Source of the DNA: Podarcis gaigeae
Lineage: Eukaryota
Reading direction: 5' to 3' (one strand)
Length of the DNA: 64,000 bases
NCBI GenBank assembly: GCA_964106915.2
Contig: OZ066918.1
Of the stretch, positions 62,401 through 64,000 are shown piece by piece. Under the pieces are notes generated by a model. It did not search any database and had not been told where the DNA came from. It saw only the letters and a program-made list of their open reading frames with translations. Numbering within the stretch: position 1 is the first letter of the stretch; each line of letters opens with the position of its first letter. Both the position numbers and the translations under genes were made by a program.

Positions 62401-64000
62401 GAGTCTCCCTGACACTGTTGTGTGCTGCATTGTGATTACCATAGAAATATGCAGCAGGGCAACTTAAAGTGTATGTAAGTCCATAAAGCTCCAGGAAAAG
62501 AATGGGCTCCTTTTAGCATATGAATTGCTGTTGCTCAGGGACCAAGCTTTCAATCGCAAGTCAATTTAAGAGGTTTTTTTTAATCTCCCAGATGGCAGTC
62601 GCTCTAGGAAAATCAAACTATAAGGGCTTGCTGCATTACTATAAATGGTGAATTGCACAGCCCAAGAAAGATTATTTATTTATTCATTCTTAAATGCATG
62701 AAGAGCCAAACCCAGTCTGCCTTACTCATGAACATTTATTATAGTAGGACTGCTTGTGACAGCAAGGCAAGAAGGTTTTGTCCCAGAAGACACTCAATTT
62801 TCCCCCTCAGGCACAGTAGGAGTGTACAGCATTACTGTGCAAATAAACATTCCTGGAACAGCGTCTAAATGGGAACAGAGAATTTTACCAATAAAACACA
62901 GCTAATCCTATCAACTAAAATGAATTAAAATCTAACTAGGTTGTATCTATAAAAGCATTGGCATAGAACAAATATGTGGAAAACATTCAGTGGAATAATG
63001 AAGTGTGATTAGCAGGGGACACTTTTACATGTCTGTGCAAGAAGTAAGTCTCACTGAGTTCCATGGTGCTTATTTCCCAGGTAAGCATGTATACAGCTGA
63101 TGTCTAAACTGGTCAGAAAGGGAGTTAAATTGAAACTAATGGAGTCATCATCTCTAGGAAGAAAGCATGTAGGAATGAGCAAAGTGCAGGGAGAGTAAAG
63201 CCAAGCACAGTCAGTAGCAGTCTGTGGGGTGGGGCAGTATTGCTCACGTAGCTTCCCAATGCAAAGGTCACTTTGCCCATACCTGGGGGTGCAAAGTGGC
63301 CAGGGGGTTGGGTGTGGTGCAAGTGCAGCGGTAGTAAGAGCATCAGATTGGCTCTGACGCTGCATCTGCACTGCACTGACTTCCCGATTGACTTACTCCT
63401 TCCCCTCTTGGTTACCAGCAGAACTTCCATGTTGTGCAACAAGGTGAGTTTTCCTGCCCTGCTCTGCCCACCACTACCACCAGCAGTGATGCTAGAGTAA
63501 GTGCTTCTGGCCAATTTAGACAACATCTGGAGGACCACAGGTTCCTCATCCCTGTGTTAGCTTGCTTTATATATGATCTTAATTCATGAACAGATGCTAT
63601 GTGCAGCAGTGCAGAAACAGCCATAAGCGTGCTTTGATTTCATATAGAGGCTCGACAGCTCAATGTCAAATATTTAGCTAGAGTGGGACTCACCTCTCTG
63701 TTGAAGAATAGGCCTAGCTCCCAAAGTATCTGAACAGACACAAAAATCCTCTGTCCTGGCTTTGTAAGTAGAGATAACTATATCATGATTCAGTTTTCCC
63801 ACCGCTAACTGTGGAGGGAAAGAGACCTTTCTGTCTGTGGACCTCATTCTTCCATAGCCAGCTGTTGTGGAGGATCAGTCAGCTAACAATTTCCTGCTGA
63901 GTGGCTGCAACACTGACCCAGAACATCCCTGCCAGCTAAACAACCTTCTTCTGTGGGAGGGGAAATCTTTTGATCCCTGTGAAAATTCACTGGTAGGGTG

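Larger units (their letters stand above)
15727..64000 (-). other. LHPP: Large last intron of LHPP (continues beyond the window)
   Basis: Acceptor at 15727-15728. I did not find the preceding exon (AVMIGDDIVGDVGGAQ..GM...VRTGKF motif) in the window. The human LHPP last intron is known to be very large. Confidence 0.75.

Overview
Eukaryotic (squamate reptile, most likely a lacertid lizard, judging by the Sauria SINE, Squam3-like SINE, BovB, CR1 and L2 repeats) genomic DNA; there are no prokaryotic features. Only two coding segments are supported. One is the 3' part of the last coding exon of FAM53B (+, 1-321, ending ...DGELDIEQIENN*), followed by a probable ~6.8 kb 3'UTR. The other is the 97-nt last coding exon of LHPP (-, 15630-15726, RPCDEHHPEVKADGYVNNLAEAVDVILKQLHK*), which the ORF track misses. 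The genes are convergent, as in human 10q26. Everything from 15727 to 64000 appears to be LHPP's very large last intron. It holds many non-autonomous DNA transposons (hAT-type with 8-bp TSDs, Tc1/mariner/pogo-type with TA TSDs), SINEs, LINE fragments, a solo LTR, microsatellites and several repeat-free blocks rich in homeodomain, TCF and CDX motifs that may be enhancers (NKX1-2 is the neighbour of LHPP in other vertebrates). Nearly all ORFs in the track are spurious or TE-derived. I found no convincing new protein-coding system. The best leads are regulatory (candidate enhancers, 3'UTR elements) and transposon-structural (an RT-deleted CR1, nested MITEs, a hairpin-rich hAT element). Gene identities rest on recalled human protein sequences, and repeat boundaries without TSDs are approximate.
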